DNA from: Candidatus Bathyarchaeia archaeon | GTDB lineage: Archaea > Thermoproteota > Bathyarchaeia > Bathyarchaeales > Bathycorpusculaceae | Direction: 5' to 3' | DNA: 64,000 bases | NCBI GenBank assembly: GCA_049515895.1 | Contig: JBEKTQ010000014.1 | Coordinates: 1-64,000, forward strand | Part shown: piece by piece, positions 49,707 to 59,715 of the stretch | How positions within the stretch are numbered: the first letter of the stretch is position 1 | How the letters are laid out: each line of letters begins with the position of its first letter | Position numbers and translations under genes: made by a program | The notes under the pieces: generated by a model | What the model was told of the DNA's origin: nothing | What the model saw: only the letters and a program-made list of their open reading frames with translations | Databases searched by the model: none

Positions 49707-50447
49707 ATGGCTATTGTACCTGATGAGAAAGAAGTTGTCTTTGCATTAGCGCAGTCTCTAATGAACGACCTTAACGTCCAAATGAACAAAGGCATGAAAG
49801 CTGCAACTGATGTTCGCCCTTATGCAAAACGCTATGCAATCTTAAGAGAGAGAATTTTAACTTTTGGTGTACCCAATAGCGACATTCTTGTGCCTGATTT
49901 ACCTCAGGGAATCTATAATTCTAACTTTGCTCTTTTTGCGCCAGATATTCAGCGAAATGTTGGTTTTTTTGATGAGTTAATGATGGCTACAGGTCAAATG
50001 GTGGCTTTCTTGAGTGCTATCCAAAAAACCTCTTCAAAGGTTTTGACCGAGTTAGAGGAGTTTCTCTTCAAGAACCTTAGGAAGAATGTGTTAGCTACTC
50101 CTAGTGCTGAAAAGGAAATTCAAGATATAGTTTCCATCATGCTTAACACAAAAGGCTACAGTTACGAAAGAGAAAAGATTCGAATAAGCTATTCTTCGAA
50201 GACGTTTGTTCCTGATTTTACTTTTGAGGATTTGAATGCTGCTTTAGAGATTAAGCTGTGTTAGACTGACCAGAAGGAGAAGGATTTGGTTGATGAGATT
50301 AACGCTGATATTCCTGGGTATTCAACAAGATACCAGAATCTCACGTTTTTGGTTTATGATTTGGGTGTTATTAGAGACGCTGAGCAGTCTTCCAGAGACA
50401 TAGAAAAGAATAGTCCAAGAATCAAGGTTCTCATAGTGAAGCAATAG
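49707..50447 (+). pseudogene. DpnII/MboI-like PD-(D/E)xK nuclease with in-frame TAG at 50262-50264
   Basis: EKEIQD..VPDF..ALEIK, TAG, then a conserved-looking continuation DEINADI..Y..FLVYDLG to TAG 50445-50447. Confidence 0.75.
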
Positions 50448-50705
50448 ACAAAACTGACAAAGCGCATAAATGATCGCACAAACTACTTTACATTCGGTGA
50501 ATTAAATGGAAAAAGAAAAGTATAGGGTAATGCCCCAACTTTATAGACGGCTTTCAGGTGTGAAATACCTTGACTTAATAGTCAAGGTACTTCATTATTT
50601 TTGACTGTTCTTTCTTTTCGGACAAAAATAGCTCATTAAATAGAATCTTCTTGCATTCTCCTTAACTTTCTCTTTCATGATGGCAAGTTAGCGGAAGGTC
50701 AAAAG

Positions 50706-51083
50706 TCATTCTAATCCGCGTTTTTTCTTGACAAAGTAGACGAAATCTGGAGCATAATTCTTGTCCAGCATTAAGTGAGTCGTATCAGGAACGTTCCACT
50801 CGTCAACAAACGTTTCATCAACATATCCGACGTCGATGTGGACTCGCCCGCCAACTTTTTGTTTCCAAGTGTCGTGCAATCTGAGGAAGTAGTAGTCACC
50901 GCCTTTAGATTTGGAGTAAGTCACAACGCCGTAATTATCTTGCTTTAAGTCGGCATAATCTTGTATTTCCAGGGGAGTCGGGTTAAGCTTCTCCAATGCT
51001 TCAAATGCGGCAGAAACAATTTCAAAAGCAGTTTTCCTCAAGCAATGACTCCTTTCAGTTGAGTTAAGGCAGCTCGTGTTCAT
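50706..51083 (-). CDS. hypothetical
   Basis: ORF in an overlapping minus-strand series. Confidence 0.55.
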   Translation of the reverse strand: MNTSCLNSTERSHCLRKTAFEIVSAAFEALEKLNPTPLEIQDYADLKQDNYGVVTYSKSKGGDYYFLRLHDTWKQKVGGRVHIDVGYVDETFVDEWNVPDTTHLMLDKNYAPDFVYFVKKKRGLE

Positions 51084-51381
51084 TCTTTTTTATGCAGTCT
51101 TCACAGAAAAAAGCAGAGTAAAGGCCGTCTTTGTGAATGCCGCTTTCGATTTTTCTGTTCGGATCAAAGCAACAAACAATGTCTTTTAAGCTTAATCTTT
51201 TGCCACATTTGGAACAGTGGAATTCCAATGTATACCCGAGATTTTTAGGAAGAATTTTTATATTCTTAATTTTCCATTGGGATGTGGTTCCGTATTGTTT
51301 CGTTTTCAATTTCTTTTCTTGTTCCCGCTTTTCTTCGTTTTCATTACCAGTTTTCTTGGACCGCTTTGTTATGGTTTTCAT
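51064..51381 (-). CDS. Zn-finger-like hypothetical
   Basis: CSKC..CEDC; overlaps neighbours. Confidence 0.6.
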   Translation of the reverse strand: MKTITKRSKKTGNENEEKREQEKKLKTKQYGTTSQWKIKNIKILPKNLGYTLEFHCSKCGKRLSLKDIVCCFDPNRKIESGIHKDGLYSAFFCEDCIKKNEHELP

Positions 51382-51953
51382 TCCTCACTGAATTTAACAT
51401 CGGCCATTCCGTGCTTCGCGTACTCTGTCGCTTCTTCTATAACTTCAGAGGCGAGCCGCAGCAATTTTGGGATAAATTTCGGTCCACAAAGGTCAGAATG
51501 AAAAACTGCTGGAGAAAAATCCATATTATCGACGATATTCAGCGTTTTCTTTACATCATGCACCACCGCCAGGAATAGACCATACGAATGTCCGGCGTCC
51601 CATAACAGCCTGTAAGTTCCTTCAGATACCTTTCTAGTGGCAACTGCATTTTGGGCAATTAAGCGATCCAAATCGTACCGCATAACATAGTTAACGGTTT
51701 GCAGCCACTGAACCTTCAGCGGGAGTTGGCTGGCGATTAAGCTCAGTTTAGCCTTTAGTGAAGCTATTTTTTCGAGTTCGATTTCAACGGTGAAGATTGA
51801 ATCATTTTCCTGAACCATCGCGATTCTACAATCACCTTTGTTATCGACTTTTAGGCCAATGTTATCGCTGACTTTTCGCTTAGCGCTAGCCCAACTTGTT
51901 ACAATCGATTTGAAGTTATCGTTTGCCGATTGAAGCTCAAAAATCATCCTCAC
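51378..51953 (-). CDS. hypothetical (start may be further upstream)
   Basis: Long ORF, coupled to the downstream gene. Confidence 0.6.
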   Translation of the reverse strand: MRMIFELQSANDNFKSIVTSWASAKRKVSDNIGLKVDNKGDCRIAMVQENDSIFTVEIELEKIASLKAKLSLIASQLPLKVQWLQTVNYVMRYDLDRLIAQNAVATRKVSEGTYRLLWDAGHSYGLFLAVVHDVKKTLNIVDNMDFSPAVFHSDLCGPKFIPKLLRLASEVIEEATEYAKHGMADVKFSEE

Positions 51954-52118
51954 AACGTCTTCGTTGAAGCTTTTCGAATTGGAATTATGGAAGTCTAACA
52001 GTTCCTTGAATGTTTGAAATTTGTTTTTGTCTGACAGTCAAAGTCACTCTCCATTCGAAAATTCTCCAATTAACCTGGAACATTTTTTGTTTTTAATCAT
52101 CACCCTCTTTCAATGCAA

Positions 52119-53063
52119 TCAACCTGTGACGGGTTGGTACAAGTTAAAACCGACAACTTTTCCACTATCATTAAGTTGAAAGCTAACATTACGCGCGATC
52201 TTTTGTGTTCCACCCATTGTGTACTCAATTAGTGCTTCCGCCTGCCATAGCCCTTGCTCTTTCCAGAATTTGGAGATTTGGCTGACTCTGCCAAACTTGA
52301 ATTCGCCGTTTCCATCGTCAAATTGATAAATTGCTTTAACCAAATTTTCCTGGGCCCAATCTGAAATTATTTTGAAAATCTGCTCGATTCCATAATGGTT
52401 TTCATCATCGCTCGTATCATTTTCTTGTTTTGCTTCGGGCGTCAGGATTCCTATCGAATCTATGCTCTTGACACTTTGTTCTAGTCTTTGCCATTCTTTT
52501 TCTTCAGACTTAAATTCGTTCACTGCAGTCCTTGCTTTGCTTGCACTTTCGTTAACAAGTGCCGTTGCGACTAAAAGCGGTCTAAAACCGAATGGGTCAT
52601 TCCTATTTATTTTAACTCGGGGGCTCAATGTATCGCTGCACAATATCTTTATAGCTATTTTCAGGGTTTCCGTAACTGATAGGAAATTGTGAAGCGCTTG
52701 GAGTTCATCGTTCAGCCTAATCAAGAAATCAAGAAACAAGTTGTTTAGTGCATTATTGGACAGGAAAAAATGTAATTCTGATGTGACCTCAGTTGCATAG
52801 GAATTTAGATAACAGCAGGTTCCTCTGATTGTGTCTAAATTTTTCTCAAGTTCTTCAATTAAAGCTTTAAACAAAAGCACGTCGTTGTCAATTAAGGAAC
52901 CATTTTCGCTCTCAACCCAACGAGGCGTGAGAGTACTTATTGAAGAAGCAAGCGCTTCGAGCTCGTGGGTTTTTTGAGATAATATGCTACAAAAGGCCCA
53001 ATGTTTCTTTGTGTAACTTTCTAGTTTTAACAAATCTTTCTTAAGTTCTATTATTGCAGACAA
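52119..53063 (-). CDS. helical hypothetical
   Basis: 314 aa ORF with GGAGG RBS. Confidence 0.65.
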   Translation of the reverse strand: MSAIIELKKDLLKLESYTKKHWAFCSILSQKTHELEALASSISTLTPRWVESENGSLIDNDVLLFKALIEELEKNLDTIRGTCCYLNSYATEVTSELHFFLSNNALNNLFLDFLIRLNDELQALHNFLSVTETLKIAIKILCSDTLSPRVKINRNDPFGFRPLLVATALVNESASKARTAVNEFKSEEKEWQRLEQSVKSIDSIGILTPEAKQENDTSDDENHYGIEQIFKIISDWAQENLVKAIYQFDDGNGEFKFGRVSQISKFWKEQGLWQAEALIEYTMGGTQKIARNVSFQLNDSGKVVGFNLYQPVTG

Positions 53064-53367
53064 GTTGAACCTCCTGGAAAACTTGATCTAAAATCTAATT
53101 TTTGTGATTTCACTTCTTTCTCAAAACAATCACGCCCCAAAAAGATCATTCCTTGCTGAGAAATATCCCATTCATTTGTTTCTTTCTCAACCCAGTTTCC
53201 CAAGTCTTTGCAGATAAATGCACCTTCGATTCTTAGCTCTTTTTTACAAATCGAACAATTAAGATCGTGAAACTGAAAAGCTGAGTTTCCATAGAAGCGG
53301 TTCTCATCAATTGAATTTTTTTTCTCAGCTTTTTCAAGTTTTAACGCGAGTTTGTTGAAGGCGTCAT
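53051..53367 (-). CDS. small Cys-containing hypothetical (start uncertain)
   Basis: 3' part of ORF 53051..53593 with CSIC; the 5' part overlaps the HTH gene. Confidence 0.4.
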
Positions 53368-53583
53368 CTATTGCTTTTCGGCTGCATACATTCTGGCTCT
53401 CCCCACGGTCCTTGAAATCTTTATCTTTCCAACTTTTTCCAGTCCGAACACGTATTTTGAGATAGTGTTCCGATGAACGCCAGTTCTTTCCGCAATTTCC
53501 TCTATGGAGAAGTCCTTTGGATATTCTTTTTGCAGGAATTCGAGGACTATTTTTTCTATATCTTGATTCACTTTGGTGTGCAT
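53368..53583 (-). CDS. wHTH regulator
   Basis: FSIEEIAERTGVHRNTISKYV..LEKVG..VGRARMY. Confidence 0.85.
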   Translation of the reverse strand: MHTKVNQDIEKIVLEFLQKEYPKDFSIEEIAERTGVHRNTISKYVFGLEKVGKIKISRTVGRARMYAAEKQ

Positions 53584-53620
53584 TGACGAACATTATTATC
53601 GAATAATCCTTATATAGTTG

Positions 53621-53653
53621 GTTGTTTATTAACGTTGTGCATCAATAAACAAC
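53621..53653. promoter_or_regulatory. 10-bp inverted repeat in a divergent promoter (putative operator)
   Basis: GTTGTTTATT-N13-AATAAACAAC, next to a TTATATA box. Confidence 0.55.
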
Positions 53654-53668
53654 ATTGAAGGTGACCTG

Positions 53669-53923
53669 ATGACCTCATTCAATAACCAAATAAATATCCT
53701 GAATAACAGACTCGTCGAAATAGATGCAACACCAGATCTTAGTAAATCCAAACCGGTTTTGATACATAAACAAGAACAAATCGGTAAACTGCTAAAACAG
53801 CTCGAAATAATGCGCGAAAATTGGATTGCGCTGAAATTTAACGACGAGATTTTCGTTGTTTGGAACGAATTGATTTTTCATTATTCAAACGAAAAATGCG
53901 AAAATAAACGATCAATGGAGTAA
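53669..53923 (+). CDS. hypothetical
   Basis: GGTGA RBS; first gene of the plus-strand series. Confidence 0.55.
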   Translation: MTSFNNQINILNNRLVEIDATPDLSKSKPVLIHKQEQIGKLLKQLEIMRENWIALKFNDEIFVVWNELIFHYSNEKCENKRSME

Positions 53924-53930
53924 CTAAAAC

Positions 53931-54269
53931 ATGAATGAAAGACTGAAAATACTAAACAATGGGCGCTTATTCACTAGAGCAGCGATATACATTCCTGTTA
54001 TTGCGTCCGATCAATATCAGAAAGCAAACGTTAGGATTCAACTCGAACAATGCAACAAGTTCATTCAGCGTAACAATTGGATCTTGACCGATATTTATCT
54101 TGAAAAAGAAGGTAACGGGATCCTTCGTTTAATGCGCGAGCGAGCATCACGGTCATTTGACGTCGTAGTTTCTGCCACAAGGTTCTGTAACGAATCCCCA
54201 GCTGGGCATTCAAGAAATCTTAGCATTACAGCAGTTTGCGACGCACGCCTCTGGAGGAATGAAAGTTGA
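53931..54269 (+). CDS. degenerate serine-recombinase catalytic-domain protein
   Basis: RAAIY..SDQ..Q..W.L.DIY.E..FDVVV; YxRxS is replaced by YIPVIAS. Confidence 0.55.
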   Translation: MNERLKILNNGRLFTRAAIYIPVIASDQYQKANVRIQLEQCNKFIQRNNWILTDIYLEKEGNGILRLMRERASRSFDVVVSATRFCNESPAGHSRNLSITAVCDARLWRNES

Positions 54270-55492
54270 TAGCAGGTGATGGTTCTATGCTTTGTAAGAC
54301 TGTCTCTCCAGAACCCGAGGGAAAGGTTAATCGAGCTAGGATTTGTCCAATATGCGAAAATCACGCCAATAAATTTGCTATAAGCGACACCAACTTGAAT
54401 TTTCTCGAGCTACGGTATCAGGATAAGACTTTGGATGATGCAATTAGTCTATCTGCCATCGCATGGCATAACTTTCCTGCTTTGCGTCTCAGCTCAGATA
54501 GTAGAACGGTAATAAATGCTCTGATGAAAGACATTCGAGAGGAAGTAACAAAAGCGTTGGATCCTTTGGAAATATTTGTGCAATCGGTTTTCCCTTTAAG
54601 CAATAAGCTGCAGGGTTTGATTGATGAATTACCTTCGAACGTCAAGGACGAATTTTGCCAAATAAATGAACAACTAAGTGATAGGCTAAAATCAATCGAG
54701 CAAGTGACTAAGAGTTCAAATGAACCAATTCAGAGAGACCTCAAAGAGTTATTCCAGTTCATAAATTTGTTAACCAATAAACCAATTGTAAAGGGATCAA
54801 TCGGCGAGGAGACACTTGCCCTTTCTTGGCCTGAAGCTTTTCCAATGGATAGCGTTTCCAAAAGAGGCGGACCTGGGAAATCAGACATGCTCATCAGTCC
54901 CTGTCTCGAAATCAACGGTTTAAAAATGGGGCAGAAAATCGCAATTGAAAGGAAGTCAGGGCAACAAAGATACTCCGGGGCTCACCTGCACGAAGCCGTC
55001 AATCATTCAAAAATAGAAGGCGCGAGGTTTTGCCTGCTGATTTATGATTCGCCTCAAAACCTACTCGAATCTCAAAAACCACTCAACTTAACGATGCTCG
55101 ATGGTGTTATGGTGGGCGTAGGCGATGTGCAAAGTGCAAGCTGGCGAGCGCTAAGACAACTATTTGGTATAATGCAAACAATGCTCCCAAATGTAGACAC
55201 TTCCCAATCCACATTCGATGTTTCAAAATTGAAAAATACGGTTGAACAAATGCACTCCATCAACCTTCAAATTGACGTTTTGAGAAAAAGCAATATCTCC
55301 GCACTTTGCAGCTGTCAGAAAGTTCAAGATAGCATAAACCAACTTGAAAAGATAATCGTGTATTATGAAGAATTGCTTAAAGGCCTATTAAATCCGAGAT
55401 GCAACAAAACACCCGGTCAGCAACAAGAACACATTGTATTGAATTATCAAACTGATCAAGCAGGGCGAAATTCAGAGTCGCTTAATCCTTGA
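54266..55492 (+). CDS. coiled-coil + PD-(D/E)xK (RmuC/DUF2130-like) protein
   Basis: KGSIGEE..F..D..GKSD..IERK. Confidence 0.6.
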   Translation: MIAGDGSMLCKTVSPEPEGKVNRARICPICENHANKFAISDTNLNFLELRYQDKTLDDAISLSAIAWHNFPALRLSSDSRTVINALMKDIREEVTKALDPLEIFVQSVFPLSNKLQGLIDELPSNVKDEFCQINEQLSDRLKSIEQVTKSSNEPIQRDLKELFQFINLLTNKPIVKGSIGEETLALSWPEAFPMDSVSKRGGPGKSDMLISPCLEINGLKMGQKIAIERKSGQQRYSGAHLHEAVNHSKIEGARFCLLIYDSPQNLLESQKPLNLTMLDGVMVGVGDVQSASWRALRQLFGIMQTMLPNVDTSQSTFDVSKLKNTVEQMHSINLQIDVLRKSNISALCSCQKVQDSINQLEKIIVYYEELLKGLLNPRCNKTPGQQQEHIVLNYQTDQAGRNSESLNP

Positions 55493-55506
55493 TAGGAGGT
55501 TCTTAA

Positions 55507-56649
55507 ATGGTTTTAACTCGAAGAGAGCAAAAAGGAATGAATTTATTCGCCGAGAAAAGAGTTCAAGAGATTAGTCAATCGAAATTTGTTGTTCGCTCTG
55601 AAACCGACCTATCAGTTACTTATCATGTTGAATGGGCTGGCAAAAAATGGGCTTGCACCTGCCCTGATTTTTTCAGGAATCACAAATCTTGCAAACACAT
55701 TCACGCTGTGAGTTACTATTTGACAATTAAAGCTTTCATTCCAGCTCTTAAATCGAGCAATGACGAGGAGCTAATGTGCCCGTACTGTCACTCTACTGAG
55801 AACTCACCGCATGCTCAAAGACTTAACAAAAGTGGTCCAGTAAAACGCCTGCGCTGCAAGAACTGTAAAAAAACATTCACTGACCGGCATGGATTTGAGG
55901 GCATGAAGAATCAAGCGAAAATAATTGCAACAGCCCTCGACCTCTTCTACAAAGGATTATCATTGAGAAAAATCAGTGAACACCTTGAAATGATGTACTG
56001 CGTGAAAATTTGCCATACAACGATCTACTATTGGTTAGCCAAATTCGTACAATTTGTTGAAAAAAACGCATCGACCGATCCCATTACAACGGGGGAGAGA
56101 CAGGGAGCGGATGAGACGATGGTAAGAATAAGAGGACGTCATATCTTGCTGTGGGGATTACTAGATCGTGAAACCAAAATTCTAGTTGCTGAGCATATAA
56201 GCACTAGAAGATCGACCGAGGAAGCAATTATTTTGTTAGAGAAGGGACAAAGTAGGACAGCTCCCGAGGCAGACCAAGTTAGTGAACTCACAACAGATGG
56301 GCTGGGTAGCTACCCAGAGGCATTGCGATCCTTGAAAAATAAGAGAACGACCCCGCTGATTCACATTCAAGGACCGGGTTTAACTGGCAGCGGTGGAGCA
56401 TCCAACAATGAAACAGAGCGACTTATGGGAACCATAAAAGAAAGAATAGGTTTAGCAAAACATCTAGACAGCGAAGAGAGCGCCAAAATATTCAGTGCTG
56501 GGTTTAGGGAATACTACAATTCTTGCCGCGGGCACATGGCTCTCGGCGGAAAAACCCCCGCCCAAGCAGCAGGACTGGAAAAAAAGAAACTCACCTGGAT
56601 AGATTTAATCAGCAAGGCTCACGACAGACACAACCAATCTAAAAAGTAG
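55507..56649 (+). CDS. SWIM + Zn-ribbon + IS6-like DDE transposase
   Basis: CTCPD..CKH (SWIM); CPYC..CKNC; ADET, TTDG, NNETER; TPAQAAG. Confidence 0.85.
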   Translation: MVLTRREQKGMNLFAEKRVQEISQSKFVVRSETDLSVTYHVEWAGKKWACTCPDFFRNHKSCKHIHAVSYYLTIKAFIPALKSSNDEELMCPYCHSTENSPHAQRLNKSGPVKRLRCKNCKKTFTDRHGFEGMKNQAKIIATALDLFYKGLSLRKISEHLEMMYCVKICHTTIYYWLAKFVQFVEKNASTDPITTGERQGADETMVRIRGRHILLWGLLDRETKILVAEHISTRRSTEEAIILLEKGQSRTAPEADQVSELTTDGLGSYPEALRSLKNKRTTPLIHIQGPGLTGSGGASNNETERLMGTIKERIGLAKHLDSEESAKIFSAGFREYYNSCRGHMALGGKTPAQAAGLEKKKLTWIDLISKAHDRHNQSKK

Positions 56650-56655
56650 ACTAAT

Positions 56656-58110
56656 TCATTCTTTAAAAAAATCGCGAAGATCCCCACACTTTTCTAACAT
56701 AATCACCTTGTAAGCGAATTCCAGGAGTCTTTGCCATTTTTCACCCACATTACGAGTTATACTCTTTGGCAGTAGAATTCCAATATGCTCTGCCGGCGTC
56801 TTTCCACCCAAGCTTAAATGAGGACGCAAATAGATATGCTGAAACCGCTTGAATTCAACACCCAACGAAAGGGTTCTGAGTGACATGAACCGATATGGAC
56901 GTAAACACTCGTCCTTTATTTCCATCCAATATCGTTCTTGATGGTTAACGATGTTATAACACTGTGCTTTGGTTCGGCTGTAGAGCTCAACATCCGGGAC
57001 CATCATGTTAACAGCTTTGCAGTGGACCCCCCGCCCCCCGCCGTCACACAGGATTCTTCGAGGTTTACAACCAAACGTCGTAATAGCGTTCTCCAAACAC
57101 TTCAATGATCGCTTGTAATCAAAGCTGAAGCTAGTTACCATCGGAGGCGGATATCGAGATTCCACGACCAAGCTTCCCGTAATATATGCAAATCGTTTAA
57201 TCCCAATTCCAAGCCGTTTCAATTCTTTTTTATCAATCATTTCAATCACGCTATGATAGTCCACTTTTTCGTTTCTAGCAGTCATATCTTCCATTTTCTT
57301 TCTGCATAGATTTTCGATAATGTTGTGAAAATTTATGTTTCGATTATTAATCAAGTCCTGTTGTTTAATCCTCTTGCCCATGGTGTAAATTGGGTAAGGT
57401 GAATAGTCCATTTCCAGCGTTCCAAGTTTTATTTCTTTACTGGCGAGCTTGCGAATTGCTATCGGTTCAAAGTTTGCCAAAACCAAATTTGTTCTTTCAA
57501 CTATAGAGTATACTGCATCAGGTGATATGCTCTTTATCTCTGGAAATCCCTTGCCAGGGGCTTGCATCTCTAATTCTAGGTTGATTCTGGGAAAATCATC
57601 GCCTTGCTGAAAAGAAGACAATATAATGTTCCACAATTTAAAAGGGGAATGTAGACCTTTGTCAACCCCCCAGCTGAATGTTTTTCCACAATTCCTGCAT
57701 TTCCATCGGCGATCCTTAAAGAAGACATGTGGAACTATGTCTAAGTGGCCGCAATATGGGCAGACGACGGGGCCTTCAGAATAGAGTAACAAAGGAAGAG
57801 ATCCCCATCTTTTTATCGATGTTTGAGGATCCCAGAACGCCCGACGAATTCTCTTCTGACATTCTTCAATTCTAGGTAATGTGCTTGCAGTTGATTCCAA
57901 TTGGGACTGTTCAAACTTTGCTCGCGCTAGCGGAGTGCTCAGTATTTTTAGTTTACTGTTTGTGTCAGGAACTTGCTTGTCGAGAAAAGCACTGATCTTT
58001 TCTTTTGAAGGAGTATCTATTTCAGGCACTATGCCAAGCCTATAATTCCAAATCGAAAACGTCGAACGTTTGTCTTCTTTAACCTGTTTTTCTTTCATAT
58101 TTTTCACCAA
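56656..58110 (-). CDS. divergent DDE/integrase-core protein with Zn ribbon
   Basis: CPYC..CRNC; EMD, LCDG, NHQERY; RPHLSLGGKTPAE. Confidence 0.7.
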   Translation of the reverse strand: MVKNMKEKQVKEDKRSTFSIWNYRLGIVPEIDTPSKEKISAFLDKQVPDTNSKLKILSTPLARAKFEQSQLESTASTLPRIEECQKRIRRAFWDPQTSIKRWGSLPLLLYSEGPVVCPYCGHLDIVPHVFFKDRRWKCRNCGKTFSWGVDKGLHSPFKLWNIILSSFQQGDDFPRINLELEMQAPGKGFPEIKSISPDAVYSIVERTNLVLANFEPIAIRKLASKEIKLGTLEMDYSPYPIYTMGKRIKQQDLINNRNINFHNIIENLCRKKMEDMTARNEKVDYHSVIEMIDKKELKRLGIGIKRFAYITGSLVVESRYPPPMVTSFSFDYKRSLKCLENAITTFGCKPRRILCDGGGRGVHCKAVNMMVPDVELYSRTKAQCYNIVNHQERYWMEIKDECLRPYRFMSLRTLSLGVEFKRFQHIYLRPHLSLGGKTPAEHIGILLPKSITRNVGEKWQRLLEFAYKVIMLEKCGDLRDFFKE

Positions 58111-58276
58111 ATTGTTTTTTTCGTCCTATTCACCTTTTTTGAACATCGAAATGATTTTCCAAGAAGTTCACCGAATATCCTCCAAGACCGTATCTGGTCT
58201 TGTTGGATATTCAGTGATTTTCTATGAAGTTCATTTTTCGGTGAAGCAATGTTGAGTTTAAATACCGCAGACATTT

Positions 58277-59143
58277 CTAATTGCCGCCTTCCAAAATTTT
58301 TTGAAACGCTGTTGCGACCACACACTTTTCTAGGCAAAAACTTCTGCTAATAGGTCCGCCTATATGTGAGCAATAGAATCCATCGGTTTTGCCAATACTT
58401 TGCATTTTGTTGCATTGTAAACTTCCTTCGTTCAAGACTACAGCTATGATTTGCTTGTTTTCCACTATGTCGAGGATTCTTGATATGGCGTTGGAAATCC
58501 TTTTTCTCGGATTGATAATACTGGGATCACAAAAGGGGTCGAGTCGTTTAACCATGTTTTTGTCAGAGTAGATTGAATAATTTTTTGTACTTAGATTAGG
58601 TATTATTCTGACTTGGATTGGTTTTTTCTCGTCGTTAACTTTTAGAATTCCAATCTTCACATTATATTTTACGTGTGAAAGGGTATCCCTTACAATACCC
58701 GCTTCAACAGACCCTTTCGCAAAAGGGAGCTGAACAATATTTCCTTCAGTTTGTTCCAGAACCAGAGTTACGCATTCGTCAGTTTTCTGTTGTTCCTTAT
58801 AAAAGCAGAAAATCTCTTCTCCAGTCTTCAAAGTGATCGTTTTAGTCGGAGAGTACTTGGTTTTGCGATTGTGGAATCTTTGGACTTGAATTGGTTCCCC
58901 TGGGTCGCGGGGTTTTTTGATGCTGATTTTTACATTATGTTTGACACACAAAAGGGCGTCGTGAACTATTCTTTCATCATTTGATCCCCTTAGAAATAAA
59001 ATCTTGATTAGATTGGCTTCTGTCTGTTCCAAAACAACAATTGTGTTGGAAGCATCTCTTTGCATTTTCTTATATAACCCAGCGACCTCTCCCCCCGTCT
59101 TTAAGACGATTGGTTTAGCTTGATTTAAGGGGTCGTCATTCAT
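58277..59143 (-). CDS. hypothetical with an internal ~90-aa tandem duplication
   Basis: LKTGGEV..VLEQTEAN..VKHNVKI..PIQV repeated as LKTGEEI..VLEQTEGN..VKYNVKI..PIQV. Confidence 0.7.
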   Translation of the reverse strand: MNDDPLNQAKPIVLKTGGEVAGLYKKMQRDASNTIVVLEQTEANLIKILFLRGSNDERIVHDALLCVKHNVKISIKKPRDPGEPIQVQRFHNRKTKYSPTKTITLKTGEEIFCFYKEQQKTDECVTLVLEQTEGNIVQLPFAKGSVEAGIVRDTLSHVKYNVKIGILKVNDEKKPIQVRIIPNLSTKNYSIYSDKNMVKRLDPFCDPSIINPRKRISNAISRILDIVENKQIIAVVLNEGSLQCNKMQSIGKTDGFYCSHIGGPISRSFCLEKCVVATAFQKILEGGN

Positions 59144-59351
59144 TATTATCTGTCCTTACTTGGTGTGCTGAAACGCTATTTTCGGTGCTGGATGATTTTC
59201 GTAGTTTCTCTCGTGTGCTACGAATCTGTTGATTATTCTTTTTTTGAGCGATGAAGAAAGAATGGCGGATGGTTCGACCCCTCTTTTTTCAATTGCGAAA
59301 GTAGTTGATCGAATTCATTATCGAACCTTACAAGGCAAGTTTTATCGAGAA

Positions 59352-59540
59352 TCATTTGGCTGACCTCAGCAAGAGCAGCCATGTCTCGGCTTTAGAGACT
59401 AGTTCTTCCGCGCTCATAACATCTTTTTCTCCCAATATTGTAGCCCTCAATGGAGAATCCAAAGGAAACTTTTCGAAAACCACTAATTTTAGCGGCCTAA
59501 TATCCACCTTATTTTTCGCATGATTTTCGTTCCTAGCCAT
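59352..59540 (-). CDS. small hypothetical
   Basis: GGAGG RBS; compact helical 62 aa. Confidence 0.6.
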   Translation of the reverse strand: MARNENHAKNKVDIRPLKLVVFEKFPLDSPLRATILGEKDVMSAEELVSKAETWLLLLRSAK

Positions 59541-59715
59541 TTCGCCGAATCCTCCCGAATTTTGCTATTTATTCCAGTTTTGTAGGTAGAAACGCTGGCT
59601 GCAGTGCATTTTAACCTTTTTTTCGATAAAGGAGCCCGAAATTCCACTATTTGCGCAAGGCTTATTGAATCCCACTAGTGGAAATTTAATAAGCATTATC
59701 CACCAATGAGATCTC

